Assembly: GCA_019694155.1 (NCBI GenBank)
Contig: JAIBCN010000230.1
Coordinates: 3,536-67,535 of the forward strand
Source of the DNA: Vicinamibacteria bacterium
GTDB lineage: Bacteria; Acidobacteriota; Vicinamibacteria; Fen-336; JAGNNV01
DNA: 64,000 bases
Direction of reading: 5' to 3'
Below the pieces are notes generated by a model, which worked only from the letters and a program-made list of their open reading frames with translations, ran no database searches and was not told the origin of the DNA. The position numbers were made by a program, and so were the translations under genes. This document shows positions 1 to 10,400 of the stretch, one piece after another (positions within the stretch are counted from its first letter, which is position 1; the number at the start of each line of letters is the position of its first letter).

Positions 1-963
1 AATCCCAAGGACTGGCCGGGCGAGGTGGAAGAGCTGACCGGCGATCGCAACACCGGTGATCTTGCTTCACTCAAGGGGCGCACATGGGACGTCTGCATCG
101 ATAACCCGACGACTCTGCCCTTCTGGGTGCGCGACGCGGGGACGATCCTGAAGGGGCAGGTGGGCCATTACATCTTCGTCTCGACCCTCTCCGTGTACTC
201 CGACAATCGCGCGTCGGGAGAGGACGAGTCGGGCGCCCTGTTCAAGTACCAGGGCACCGACGAAGAGGTGATGAAGGAGACGCAGGAGAGCGTTCGCAAG
301 AACATGGGGAACCTCTACGGTCCGCTGAAGGCGCGGTCCGAGAAGGAGGCGGAGAAGTGGTTCCCGGGAATCACCACCATCGTGAGGCCCGGCCTCATCG
401 TCGGGCCGGGCGACGAGACCGATCGCTTCACCTACTGGCCGGTTCGTCTCGACCGCGGCGGCGACGTGCTCGCCCCGGGCGATGGAAGCGACGCGGTGCA
501 GTTCATCGACACCCGCGACTTGTCGGAGTGGATGATCCGGCTCGCGGAGGCGAAGGTCTTTGGGACCTTCAACGCCATGGGTCCGGGCTTCGAGCTGACC
601 ATGCAGGAGATGCTGCTGGGAATCCGCGCCGCCACCACCGCGGGCGCGCGGCTGCGCTGGGCGCCCGCCGACTTCCTCGAGAAGCAGAAGGTAAGTGCGT
701 GGAGCGACATGCCGGTGTGGGTGCCGGGTGGCGGCGAGGATGGGGGTTTCTCGCGGCGCAGCAACAAGAAGGCGATGGCCGCGGGCCTCACCTTCCGGCC
801 GCTCGCCCAGACCGCGCTCGACACACTCGCCTGGTTCAAGTCGCTTCCCGCCGAACGCCAGACGACACTGAAGGCCGGCATCAAACCGGAGCGAGAAAAG
901 GAAGTCCTCGCCGCCCTGGCCGCGGAATCCCGCACGGCGAAGAAGATCTTCACCAAACCCTGA
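1..963 (+). CDS. NAD-dependent epimerase/dehydratase family protein (5' partial; gene starts before the window)
   Basis: ORF 25..963 is in frame with position 1. It contains only the mid and C-terminal part of an extended SDR/epimerase fold (FIFVSTLSVY, YGPLKARSE, RPGLIVGPGD) and no Rossmann GxxGxxG, so the N-terminus lies upstream. Confidence 0.55.
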   Translation, partial: NPKDWPGEVEELTGDRNTGDLASLKGRTWDVCIDNPTTLPFWVRDAGTILKGQVGHYIFVSTLSVYSDNRASGEDESGALFKYQGTDEEVMKETQESVRKNMGNLYGPLKARSEKEAEKWFPGITTIVRPGLIVGPGDETDRFTYWPVRLDRGGDVLAPGDGSDAVQFIDTRDLSEWMIRLAEAKVFGTFNAMGPGFELTMQEMLLGIRAATTAGARLRWAPADFLEKQKVSAWSDMPVWVPGGGEDGGFSRRSNKKAMAAGLTFRPLAQTALDTLAWFKSLPAERQTTLKAGIKPEREKEVLAALAAESRTAKKIFTKP

Positions 964-1151
964 CCTCCTTGCCCCTCGACCCGGGACCCTGTGAGCGCTG
1001 ACCGTCGCACCATCTGATCGCGTCGGCGACGGTCATTGCGAGGAGCCAGCGGAAGGCGACACGACGAAGCAACCCCATCCAACCACTACCCACCCGCGCG
1101 GCGGGCGTCGACGCGGCGACACCCCGAGCCGTATGAGTTGGAGAAGGAGAC

Positions 1152-1733
1152 CTAGTCCGGCTCGCAGGCGACAGGAAACAGCGTGCGCTGGGCGCGGCGG
1201 GCTTCGGCCCGTCGCGTGGCGAGTGTCGATGTCTCACCTCGATGGCAGGTGACGCAGAGCGTGCGGTAATTGTCGAGACCGCAGCCGCCGCCGCCTTCGA
1301 CAACCGGATTTATGTGGTCGGCGTCCCAGAGTACGCGCGACTCGTCGGTGACGCCCCAGGCGGCGAGAATCAGGGCCACGGCCTCGCGTGACACCGCCGT
1401 GCGATCGCGGTTCTCGAGATAGGTGAGGCGGAAGTCCCAGCGGTCGATCCGGCGGATGTGCTCGATGGCGCGCATCGCGGCCCCTGCGTCCGACCCGCAG
1501 ATCGCGCAGATGCCCCGGTCGCGTTCCGCGACGAGGACCGGCGCCTTGACCACGCCGCAGCGCAAGGCCGCGTCGTTGAAGCACGCACGCGAGCACCATT
1601 CAGCCTGGTCGAAGTCGTCGATGACGTTCGGGTCGACGGGCAGACCGCACGCGCACCGGCCCTCGGCCCGCCGCGCCCGCACCGCGTTCCAGTCATGGAA
1701 CCGTTCGAAGTGCTTCTCCGGCCACGCGATCAT
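1152..1733 (-). CDS. HNH endonuclease domain protein
   Basis: 193 aa with Cys-rich N-terminus (CACG, CAICG) and C-terminal HNH-like block ADHINPVVEGGGGCGLDNYRTLCVTCH. Coding-like third-position GC. Confidence 0.5.
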   Translation of the reverse strand: MIAWPEKHFERFHDWNAVRARRAEGRCACGLPVDPNVIDDFDQAEWCSRACFNDAALRCGVVKAPVLVAERDRGICAICGSDAGAAMRAIEHIRRIDRWDFRLTYLENRDRTAVSREAVALILAAWGVTDESRVLWDADHINPVVEGGGGCGLDNYRTLCVTCHRGETSTLATRRAEARRAQRTLFPVACEPD

Positions 1734-1751
1734 GGCCCAGACCGGGGGCGG

Positions 1752-3011
1752 CTAGGCCGCCGCGATTTCCCTGAGGGCCCGCACGAACGCGTCGAGCTCA
1801 CCGGTGGTCGTGTACAGGTGCGGGGTGATGCGCGCGCCATGGACGTTCGCGGTGTCGATCGCCACCGTCCAGATCCTGTACTTCTCGAGCAGCCTCTTCG
1901 ACAACTCCTTCGGAGCCACACCCTCCACCCCCACGTTGGCGATGGCGCATGAACGACGCGGGTCGCTCGGGGTATTGAGCACGATGCGAGGCACGCCGCG
2001 GACCTGCTTCGTCCAGTAGTTCTGCAGGTACCTGAGCCGCGCCTCCTTCCGCGCGATCCCGATGCTCTCGTGGAAGTCGATCGCGCTCATGATCGCGAGA
2101 TCGGTGTGCACGGGGTGGGTGCCGGTGTGATTGAGCTTGCGGATGTCGGTATCGGCCATCCCCTTGTCCCCGTAAATCGGCCACAGCTTCTCGATGCGGT
2201 CCTTCCTGACATAGAGAATCCCCGCGCCGAGGTTCGCGCCCAGCCACTTGTGCAGGCTCGCACCGTAGTAATCGCAGTCGAGATCGGGGATCTTGAAGTC
2301 GAGGTGCGCGAAGGCATGCGCCCCGTCGACCATGACCTGGACGTTCCGGCTGTGAGCCATGTCCACGATCTTCCGCACGGGCAGGATGTGGCCGGTGATA
2401 TTGACCATGTGGCCGATCATGAGCAGGCGGGTTCTTTGGGTGATCGCGCCCGCGTAGAGGTTGACGATCTCCTCGTCCGACTTCGGGTCGAGGGGAAGCA
2501 GCACCCGCCGATTGACCATGCCGTAGCGGCGCGCCTGCAGGTCGAACTGGTCGAGCATGGCGCCGTAGTCCTGCTCGGCCATCACCGCCTCGTCGCCCGC
2601 CTTCCAGTCGAGGCCCGCGATCACGGTGTCGAGCGACTCCGTGGTGTTGCGGGTGATGATCAGCTCGTCGGACGAGCATCCGGCGAGCCCCGCGAGGCGG
2701 GTGCGGACCGCGAGCTTGTCGTCGTACTGCCGGGTGCGCATGTAGTACGACGCCTCGGTGTTGATCTCGCGGACCCTGCCGATGAACGCCTCCAGCACCT
2801 CCTGAGGCTGCATGCAGTAGTAGCCGTTCTCGAGGTTGATGTAGTCCGGCTTGAGCTTGAACTTCGCCCGGATGGCCGACCAGAACGCCTCGTCCCGGGC
2901 AAGTTCGGCGACGGGGATGTGGGCAGCCTCCGCGAAGAGGGATCTCACATCGCTCAACGCCACGCCGACCGAGGCGGCGGAGGTCGCTCGAAGGAAGTCA
3001 CGCTTGTTCAT
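1752..3011 (-). CDS. class V aminotransferase / PLP-dependent enzyme (isopenicillin-N-epimerase-like) with Tat-type signal
   Basis: Sits inside the 1030-aa fusion ORF 1752..4844. Real start is MNKRDFLRATSAASVGVAL (ATG complement 3009-3011), a twin-arginine-like KRDFL motif followed by a hydrophobic h-region. The body shows aminotransferase class V features (GAHAFAHLD..DYYGASLHKWLG). Confidence 0.7.
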   Translation of the reverse strand: MNKRDFLRATSAASVGVALSDVRSLFAEAAHIPVAELARDEAFWSAIRAKFKLKPDYINLENGYYCMQPQEVLEAFIGRVREINTEASYYMRTRQYDDKLAVRTRLAGLAGCSSDELIITRNTTESLDTVIAGLDWKAGDEAVMAEQDYGAMLDQFDLQARRYGMVNRRVLLPLDPKSDEEIVNLYAGAITQRTRLLMIGHMVNITGHILPVRKIVDMAHSRNVQVMVDGAHAFAHLDFKIPDLDCDYYGASLHKWLGANLGAGILYVRKDRIEKLWPIYGDKGMADTDIRKLNHTGTHPVHTDLAIMSAIDFHESIGIARKEARLRYLQNYWTKQVRGVPRIVLNTPSDPRRSCAIANVGVEGVAPKELSKRLLEKYRIWTVAIDTANVHGARITPHLYTTTGELDAFVRALREIAAA

Positions 3012-3016
3012 GGGTC

Positions 3017-4312
3017 CTACTTCTTGATGGTCGCGCCTGTGAGCTGGGCGATGGCCGCGAGCGTCGTCTGCGCGGCGTTCAGGCCCAGGCGGAAGTCCTT
3101 GTCCGAATAGGTCGAATACACGTCGCTCGGCTGGTGCCAGTTGGGATCCCAGCCGGCGCCCACGTGCATGCCGCGCTCGTTCTCGCGCAGGCTGATGGCG
3201 GGGACGAGATCCATGAAGGGAGTGGAGTCGGTGTTGGTCATATGGAAGCCGACCGCGGCCGGATAGTCGGTCGCGTACTTGTCGTTCGCGGCCCGGAAGA
3301 ACCAGGCGAGCTTCGCCGCCGCGTCCGCCTCTTTGGCCGTCGACTGGAACTCGATGTTCACGTCGGCCTCCAGGCGCTGCTCCTTCGGCGAGACGAACAC
3401 GGGCCGGCCGTTCGCGTCCATCACCGGTTTGCCGGCGGCGTCGAGCTGCGGGACCGGCATGCCGTGATCCCACATCATCATGTCGTGCTGGATCATGCCC
3501 AGCCACTTCGGCTCGGGGTACTTCCCCGAGCCCTTCGGGTTCTCGATACCCTGCAGGTCCTTGCGCTGAGCCACGTAGGCATAGGCGCCGTTCAGGCCCG
3601 ACTCCTCGTTGTTCCAGAGGATGAAGCGGATGGACCTCTCCGTCTCGACCCCGGGCTGATGGAAGACGCGCGCGAGTTCCATCACCAGCGCGGTGCCCGA
3701 GCCGTCGTCGTTCGCGGCCTCGCCCCAGCCGATGCCGTCCATGTGGCCGCCCACGATGTACATCTCGTTCGGGAACTTCGTGCCGATCTTGGTGCAATAG
3801 ACCTGCTCGCGCGGCGACGTGCCTTCCGGCGTCTGCTCCGTGTTGAGCGCGCGCAGCTTCTCGTCCTTCTGCGCCATGGGGTCGGTGTTGACCCCGGTGC
3901 GCGCGCGGTTGCCGAAGAGCGTGCTGCCGCCCTGCCCGGCCGGGCCGCCCAGGCCGCCGCCGCGAGGTCCACCCGGCCGGGGCGCAGGTGGCGCCGCCGG
4001 ACTCGCGCCGGGGGCCGGGGTGGGACGGGGCGTCGGCTGGGTGAATTCGTACCTGATCCGCTCGGTGTTCGCGCATCCGTAGCTCTTGAGCTGCCCTTCG
4101 ATCCAGTCCACGGCCTTGCGGTTGCGCTCCGTGCCCTGGCGGCGATCCCCGAACTGCGTCAGGCCCTTGATGGTGGCCTTGTACTTCTCGAGCTCGAGCT
4201 GCTTCACGAGAATGGCGACGGGATCGTCGGCCATGGGAACCGGTGCGGGCGCCTGCGCGTCTGCGACCTGGACGCCGAGGAGAGAAATGAGAATGCTGGA
4301 GGAAATGCGCAT
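3017..4312 (-). CDS. M28 family metallopeptidase (aminopeptidase), secreted
   Basis: Start at MRISSSILISLLGVQVADA (signal peptide), with a GGAG Shine-Dalgarno upstream. Contains HMDGIGWGEAANDDGSGTALVMELARV..NNEESGLNGA, typical of the M28 Zn-binding core, plus a Pro/Gly-rich linker. Confidence 0.7.
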   Translation of the reverse strand: MRISSSILISLLGVQVADAQAPAPVPMADDPVAILVKQLELEKYKATIKGLTQFGDRRQGTERNRKAVDWIEGQLKSYGCANTERIRYEFTQPTPRPTPAPGASPAAPPAPRPGGPRGGGLGGPAGQGGSTLFGNRARTGVNTDPMAQKDEKLRALNTEQTPEGTSPREQVYCTKIGTKFPNEMYIVGGHMDGIGWGEAANDDGSGTALVMELARVFHQPGVETERSIRFILWNNEESGLNGAYAYVAQRKDLQGIENPKGSGKYPEPKWLGMIQHDMMMWDHGMPVPQLDAAGKPVMDANGRPVFVSPKEQRLEADVNIEFQSTAKEADAAAKLAWFFRAANDKYATDYPAAVGFHMTNTDSTPFMDLVPAISLRENERGMHVGAGWDPNWHQPSDVYSTYSDKDFRLGLNAAQTTLAAIAQLTGATIKK

Positions 4313-4389
4313 GAGGGCTCCTTCTGAAAATCGCGCCGGGGTCTTTCGGGAGGGAGTGTAGCCGCTCCGCCCTCCCATAAGATCGCCGC

Positions 4390-5889
4390 ATGATGCAGAT
4401 CAAGCAAGGCCTCCTCGTCGTGGCCGCACTCTTCCTCGGCGTCGCGGCCGCCAGGGCCGAACCCGCCGGGTCGCTGGTGATCGTGGGCGCGCGGATCGCG
4501 GATGGAACGGGCGGCCCTCTTCGCGCGGCGAATGTCCGGGTGAGTGGGGGCCGCATCGCCGAGGTGGGCGAGTTCAAGCCGCTCGAGGGCGACACCGTCA
4601 TCGACGGCGAGGACCGCGTGCTCGCTCCCGGCTTCATCGATGTGCACAACCATTCGACCCAGGGCCTGGTGAAGGAGCCGCTTGCGGTCTCCCAGATCTC
4701 GCAGGGCATCACCACTCTCCTCGTCGGCCAGGACGGGAGTTCGCCCCTCCCCGTACAGGAGTACCTCGACGCGCGAAGGGCCTCACCCGCCGCGGTCAAT
4801 GTCGCCACCTGCGTCGGCCATGCGAGCGTGCGGCGCGCGGTCATGGGCGACGACTACAAGCGCGCGGCGCGGGCCGACGAGGTCAAGCGGATGGAGGAGC
4901 TCGTCGATCGCGGCTTCAAGGACGGCGCCTTCTGCCTGTCGAGCGGCCTCGAGTACGAGATCGGCGGCTACGCGACAGTGGAAGAGGTGATCGCACTCGC
5001 GAAGGTGGCGGCCCGTTACCATGGCTTCTACATCTCGCACATCCGCGACGAGGCCGACCTCGCCTTCGAGGCCATGACCGAGCTCGTGGCCATCGGCGAG
5101 CGCGCGGGGGTCGCGGTGCAGAACACGCACATCAAGCTCGGCACCGCGGGGGTGTGGGGTAAGGCGAAGGATGCCCTGAGGGTCTTCGACTCCGCGCGGC
5201 GCCGGGGCCTCGACATCACCGCCGACTGTTACCCGTGGGAAGCCTGGAGCTCGACCATCCTGGTTCTGATCCCGAACAAGAAGTATGACGATCCGAAGAG
5301 CGTGGAGCGCGGCCTCGCCGACGTGGGGGGTGCGCAGAACGTGATGATCACGTCTTACGAGAAGGACCGCTCGTACGAGTTCAAGAACATGGCCGAGATC
5401 GCGGCCGCCCGCGGAATCACGCCCGTGGATCTGTTCATCGAGATCGCGAAGAACGGCGGCGCCTCCGTGGTGGCGAAGTCGATGATGGACGAAGACATCC
5501 GCGCCTTCTACGCATGGCCCTTCACCATGGTGTCGAGCGACGGCGGCATCGAGTACCGCCACCCGCGCGGCGCCGGCACGTTCCCCCGCGTCCTCGGCCG
5601 CTTCGTGCGCGAGAGGCGCTGGCTCACCCTCGAAGAGGCGATCCGCAAGATGACCTCGCTCCCGGCCTCGCGCCTCGGGCTCAAGGACCGGGGCACGATC
5701 GCGCCCGGCCAGGTGGCGGATCTCGTCCTCTTCAATCCCGCGACCGTCATCGACAACGCGACCTTCCTGGAACCCTTCAAGCTCTCCACCGGGATCGACA
5801 AGGTGTGGGTCTCGGGCGCTCTCGCCTGGGACGAGGGAAAGTCGACGGGCGCCCGCCCCGGGCAGGTCCTCGTAGGCGCCGCGCGCTGA
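4390..5889 (+). CDS. N-acyl-D-amino-acid deacylase (D-aminoacylase) family amidohydrolase, secreted
   Basis: N-terminal signal peptide. GFIDVHNHS metal-binding motif near the N-terminus and a 499-aa amidohydrolase architecture. Confidence 0.65.
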   Translation: MMQIKQGLLVVAALFLGVAAARAEPAGSLVIVGARIADGTGGPLRAANVRVSGGRIAEVGEFKPLEGDTVIDGEDRVLAPGFIDVHNHSTQGLVKEPLAVSQISQGITTLLVGQDGSSPLPVQEYLDARRASPAAVNVATCVGHASVRRAVMGDDYKRAARADEVKRMEELVDRGFKDGAFCLSSGLEYEIGGYATVEEVIALAKVAARYHGFYISHIRDEADLAFEAMTELVAIGERAGVAVQNTHIKLGTAGVWGKAKDALRVFDSARRRGLDITADCYPWEAWSSTILVLIPNKKYDDPKSVERGLADVGGAQNVMITSYEKDRSYEFKNMAEIAAARGITPVDLFIEIAKNGGASVVAKSMMDEDIRAFYAWPFTMVSSDGGIEYRHPRGAGTFPRVLGRFVRERRWLTLEEAIRKMTSLPASRLGLKDRGTIAPGQVADLVLFNPATVIDNATFLEPFKLSTGIDKVWVSGALAWDEGKSTGARPGQVLVGAAR

Positions 5890-5936
5890 CCCCCCGGGTC
5901 ATGCCCCCGCGCGGGGGATATCCCTATAATCCGCGC

Positions 5937-6443
5937 ATGAGCCATCGAATCCCGCACTCGCTCCGTTTCGGATCGTCCGCGCTTCTTGCCCTTGCGCTGT
6001 CCATCCCGGCCGCCGCCCAGACCGCGCCCCCAGCCAAGGCCGAGGCTCCGAAGCCCGCGCCATCGACGCCCACCGGCACCGTCAACGAGAAGGATCCCGA
6101 CGTGGCGCTCGCCAAGAAGGCCGCCCTCGAATGGCTGGCCCTCGCCGACGCGGGGAAGTTCGAGGAGACCTGGGAGGAGGCCGCGAGCTCGTTTCAGAAG
6201 GCCCAGACCAAGGCCGCGTGGGCCAAGGGTCTTGGGGGCGCCCGTCCGACCATGGGCAAGCTCATCACCCGCACGTACCTGAATCACGAAATCCGCACCG
6301 CTCTCCCGAACCTGCCCCCGGGGAAGTACATCACCGTCCGCTTCAACTCCGTCTTCGAGAAGCACAAGGACGGCGCCGAGTCGGTGACGCTCATCAAGGA
6401 CGGAACCCGCGGGTTCCGCATGATGAGCTACTTCCTCAAATAA
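5937..6443 (+). CDS. secreted hypothetical protein (DUF4019-like)
   Basis: Starts at MSHRIPHSL inside ORF 5514..6443 and has a signal peptide (ALLALALSIPAAAQ). A TATAAT hexamer lies 9-14 nt upstream of the ATG. Confidence 0.45.
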   Translation: MSHRIPHSLRFGSSALLALALSIPAAAQTAPPAKAEAPKPAPSTPTGTVNEKDPDVALAKKAALEWLALADAGKFEETWEEAASSFQKAQTKAAWAKGLGGARPTMGKLITRTYLNHEIRTALPNLPPGKYITVRFNSVFEKHKDGAESVTLIKDGTRGFRMMSYFLK

Positions 6444-6468
6444 CCCCGCAGGGCGCGAGGCGCTCCGG

Positions 6469-7077
6469 TCACTTCCGGCAGCGATAGACGAACGCGGGCG
6501 GCACGTTCCGCCACACCACCTTCGAGGTCTCCACCTGCGCGAAGCGCGATTCGAGCAGCTCCCGGAACCGTCGCGCCGGAGGCGTCCAAGCCGCGTGGGA
6601 ATACGCGAAGGTCGAGAACCGGCCGCCAGGCTTGATGGGCATAACCGTCGCATCGAGAAGCCGGCGCTGCCGGTCGGGTGAGAACGCCGCCCACGGCAGC
6701 CCGCTCACCACCGCGTCGACGGTGTCGCGTCCCGCTTCTTTGAGGTAGTGCGCCAGGTTTTCGATCGAGTCGTTCACGACCTGGACATTCGGGAAGTTGT
6801 GTCGCAGCGCTTCCGCCATTTCGGGATTGATCTCGAAGCACAGGAAACAGGCGCCGGGCTTCAGCTCGTCCTGGATGACCCTGGTGAAGGGCCCCGTCCC
6901 CGGCCCCAGTTCGACCACGGTTTCGGCCTCACGCAGATCCATCCCCTCGACCATGGCCTCGGCCAGCTGCGCCGAGCTGGGCGTGATCGAGCCCGTGTCG
7001 AAAGGCCGCTTCACGAAAGCGGCGAGGAATTTGGCGCGGTCTCGCATGAGTGGAGCGCCGATTTTCGCACGGTGCAT
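6469..7077 (-). CDS. class I SAM-dependent methyltransferase
   Basis: 202 aa with motif I VVELGPGTGPFTRVI and a small Rossmann-fold methyltransferase layout. Confidence 0.6.
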   Translation of the reverse strand: MHRAKIGAPLMRDRAKFLAAFVKRPFDTGSITPSSAQLAEAMVEGMDLREAETVVELGPGTGPFTRVIQDELKPGACFLCFEINPEMAEALRHNFPNVQVVNDSIENLAHYLKEAGRDTVDAVVSGLPWAAFSPDRQRRLLDATVMPIKPGGRFSTFAYSHAAWTPPARRFRELLESRFAQVETSKVVWRNVPPAFVYRCRK

Positions 7078-7254
7078 GGGCCCCGGGGCGCTGTCCTGCT
7101 CTCGCAGGGTAGGTGCTGCTCACGCGCCTCGGCGAAGAAGGTCCCATCGAGAACGTCGCATGCAGCGGAGCCTCCGGCTGTCGACTTCGGGATCGTCCTC
7201 GCGGCCTCGCCCCAGGGAGTCATCGCGTCAAACGTACTTCTGGTCCGAGCCCGT

Positions 7255-7291
7255 TGATCGTGTGTGCTATCGTTGCACACGTCTGGGATCA
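7255..7291. promoter_or_regulatory. nested palindromic operator-like element upstream of the giant surface-protein gene
   Basis: TGATC-GTGTGTGC-tatcgtt-GCACACG-tctgg-GATCA. Outer 5-bp and inner 6-7-bp inverted repeats sit about 110 nt upstream of ATG 7402 in a lower-GC intergenic region. Confidence 0.3.
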
Positions 7292-7401
7292 GGTGGTGAA
7301 CGGTGGATCCAACGAATTCCGGGGCTGCTTCCCCCAAAGCACGTGCGGGTCACACGAGGGGTCAGTTTCCAGAAGCCGAAGTACTGTGAAGCGGAGGGTG
7401 T

Positions 7402-10400
7402 ATGGGAGCCAGTCGGTTTGGAGCAGGCGTGCTCTGTGTGCGCGGGTCAAGAAGGTTCCGAGGCGTGCGCGCCGTGACGCTCGCGGTTGGCAGCTGGTTG
7501 GTGTCGGGCGCCCCGGCGGTCGCGCAAGATGCCGTTCGATGGCAGCGCCCCGAAGGGGTCGAGGTTGGGCCCGGAACAGTGGCGAGAGCGGCCGGCGCCT
7601 CCAAGAGCGGAGCGACCTCCGCGCAGTTCATTACTTCCGGGAGTGGATACGCGAGCTTTACAGCCAATGAGGCCGCTGTGGCGAGGGCGTTGGGGCTGGC
7701 CCAAACGCCGCTGAACGACCTGCCGTCAATCAAGTTCGGGATTCAGCTGGGCAGCGATGGGAGCGTGGCCATCGTCGAGGATGGGGTTCCGAAGCCGCCA
7801 ATTGGAACCTATGGAACCGGCGATCAATTCACGGTGGCGGTGGAAGGCGCCAGTGTCGTCTATCGGCAGAACGCAGTCGCTCTCTACACCTCCAGCCTGG
7901 CGCCGGTTTACCCATTGTTTGCCCAGGTCGTTCTTCAGGAGAACGGCTCCCTCGGTTCATGCGTGATGGGAGGAAACCTCGGGGAGTGGGCCGAATGGAC
8001 GAATGTGGGCGCCCACGTCGCCGCTGCTCCAGGCTCGCTGGCCCGGGAACCGTTTTCGCCGGTCGCTTTGGAGGGCGCCACATCCACTCGTGGCATCACG
8101 AGTGGGGGAGGGTTCGTCGAGTTCCGGCTGAACAGCCCCACCAACTACATCTACACAGGACTGAGCCATGGAGACACGGACGGTGGCGCCGCCGACATCG
8201 ATTTTTCGTTCCGAATCTGGTCCACGTCGCTCACCGTCATCGAAAACGGCGTGACCCGTGGGAGCTTCGGCACGGCCGGAATCAACGATGTGCTTCGCAT
8301 TGGCGTCGAGAACGGCTCGATCGTGTATCGCAAGAATGGGACCGTTCTCTACACCTCGTTGACCGCGCCGCAGTTTCCGCTGACGATCGACTCTTCGGTA
8401 AACGCGGGCAGTGCAAGCGCCGCCTCCGTGACTCTCTCCGGAGCCTTGTCGGACGTCGCCGCACCTCCGGTATCCATGTCACCCTCGGGAGGCGCCTACC
8501 CTTCTTCGCAGTCGGTGACTCTCACTTCGGCCCCGGGACAGACAATCTATTACACGTTGGACGGGACCGAGCCCGGGGTCATGAGCCCGAGCGTGGCCAG
8601 TGGCGGTGCCATCACGGTGGATAGCTCGGCCCGCCTTCGCGCCCGAACCATCTCTTCTGGTCTCTGGCCCGGTACGGTGCGAAGCGCCTTCTATTCCATC
8701 GGAGCACCTCCGATTACGGAGGTGGTGGAATGGACCAATATCGGGGCAAACGTGTCTGCGCTCGCGGGCTCGATCTCACGTGATCCGAATGTGGGCTCGC
8801 CGAGCGTGAGTGAAGGCGCGGCGTCCACGAGGGGCATCAACTCGCCCGACGGGTATGTGGAGTTCAGAACCGGCGGATACTCATCCTTGGGCCTGAGCTA
8901 TGGCGATAACGGCGGTGACGCCAGCGATGTGGACTACGCCGTTCGATTTTGGGGTTCCGGCTTTTACATCACCGAAAACGGAACGAGCCTTGGCTATTTC
9001 GGGTCAACGGTAGCGGGAGATGTATTTCGCGTTGGCGTCGAAAACGGGGTGGTGACGTATCGGAAGAACGGAACGCTCGTGTACACATCGAGGATCGGGC
9101 CACGATTTCCGCTACTGGTCGACGCATCCATGCACCCGGCCGCAGGGAACGCAACCGCCGTGGCGCTCTCGGGCCACCTGGTCGATACAGCGACGGCCGC
9201 CGTGCAGATGGCGCCCGGTGGGGGCGCGTTCGGGGAGGCACAGTCGGTGACGCTCACAAGCGGGACGGGCGGGGCTACCGTCCGGTACACCCTGGACGGC
9301 AGTGAGCCCGGGCCAACGAGTCCGAGCGTCGCCAACGGTGGCAGTGTTGTCGTGCCCTCAACGGGCTGGCTCCGGGCCCGTGCCTTTGCTCCCGAAATGT
9401 GGCCGAGTGCCAGTCGCCGCGCCTTCTTCGCGATCGGCACCGCCGCAACAACAGAGGTTGTGGAGTGGGCGAATGTGGGGCCCAATTTGTCCGTCCAGGC
9501 CGGGGCGGTCTGGAGAAGCCCCAACGTAGGCTCGCCATCGCTGAACGAAGGCGCGGTCTCAACCCGCGCCATCAACTCACCGGACGGCTATGTCGAGTTC
9601 AAGGCCGGGGGATATGGATATCTGGGGCTGAGCTACGGCGATGCCGATGGAGGGGCAAATGACGTGGACTACGCGATCCAGTTCTGGGCCAGCGGGTTCT
9701 ACATCACCGAGAACGGAGTGAGCCGCGGCTACTTTGGCTCGCTGGCGGCCGGGGACATCGTGCGGGTCGCCGTTGAAAGCGGCAACGTCGTCTACCGCAG
9801 GAATGGCGCCCAGGTGTACGCCTCGGGGGTGACGCCACGATTTCCCCTTTTGGTGGATGTCTCGATGCACCCGGCGGCTGGAAACGCCACGGGGGTGACG
9901 ATATCGGGCCACCTGGTCGACGTCGCCACACTGCCTCCCTCCTTCAGCCTCCTTCCCGGCGACTACGCAACGGGGCAGGCCGTCACCGTGACCGATGCGA
10001 CTCCGGGCGCGATCATCTACTACACCACGAACGGAGCGGACCCGACCACAAACGATGCCGTTGTGGCGAACGGTGGAATCGTGACCATCGCCGATTCCGC
10101 GACTTTGAAGGCGCGAGCCTTCGCCCCTGGGCTATTTGCGAGCCGGGTGAGTTCGGCTCGTTACACGATCGGCCTGACGAAGGCCATCGAGGCGGTGACC
10201 TGGACCAATATCGTGAATGCTGGCGTAAGTGGCAATTCGATCTACAAGGCCACATCAGGCGCGGCATCAGACGGTGGGGGTGTCTCGCGACGGGCCATCA
10301 CCTCGACGGACGGCTACATGGAATTCACCGCCGGGACGCCCTGGGGGAACCGTGGCGCCGGCTTGAGTTTTGGCGACACCGATCGGAATCTGGCCGACAT

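Noticed and set aside
1752-4844. 1030-aa ORF on the minus strand
   Set aside because: It is a frame-fusion artefact of high GC. Its C-terminal 420 aa are the real aminotransferase (start MNKRDF at 3011), and the region 3017..4312 is occupied by a convincing M28 peptidase in another frame.
5508-6653. Long antisense and alternative-frame ORFs (also 2070..3110, 3134..4327, 27561..29165, 56514..59699, 60205..62034, 61971..63410)
   Set aside because: Their translations are dominated by R/G/A/P low-complexity runs. They lie opposite or overlapping ORFs with clear domain signatures. This is typical of 70% GC DNA.
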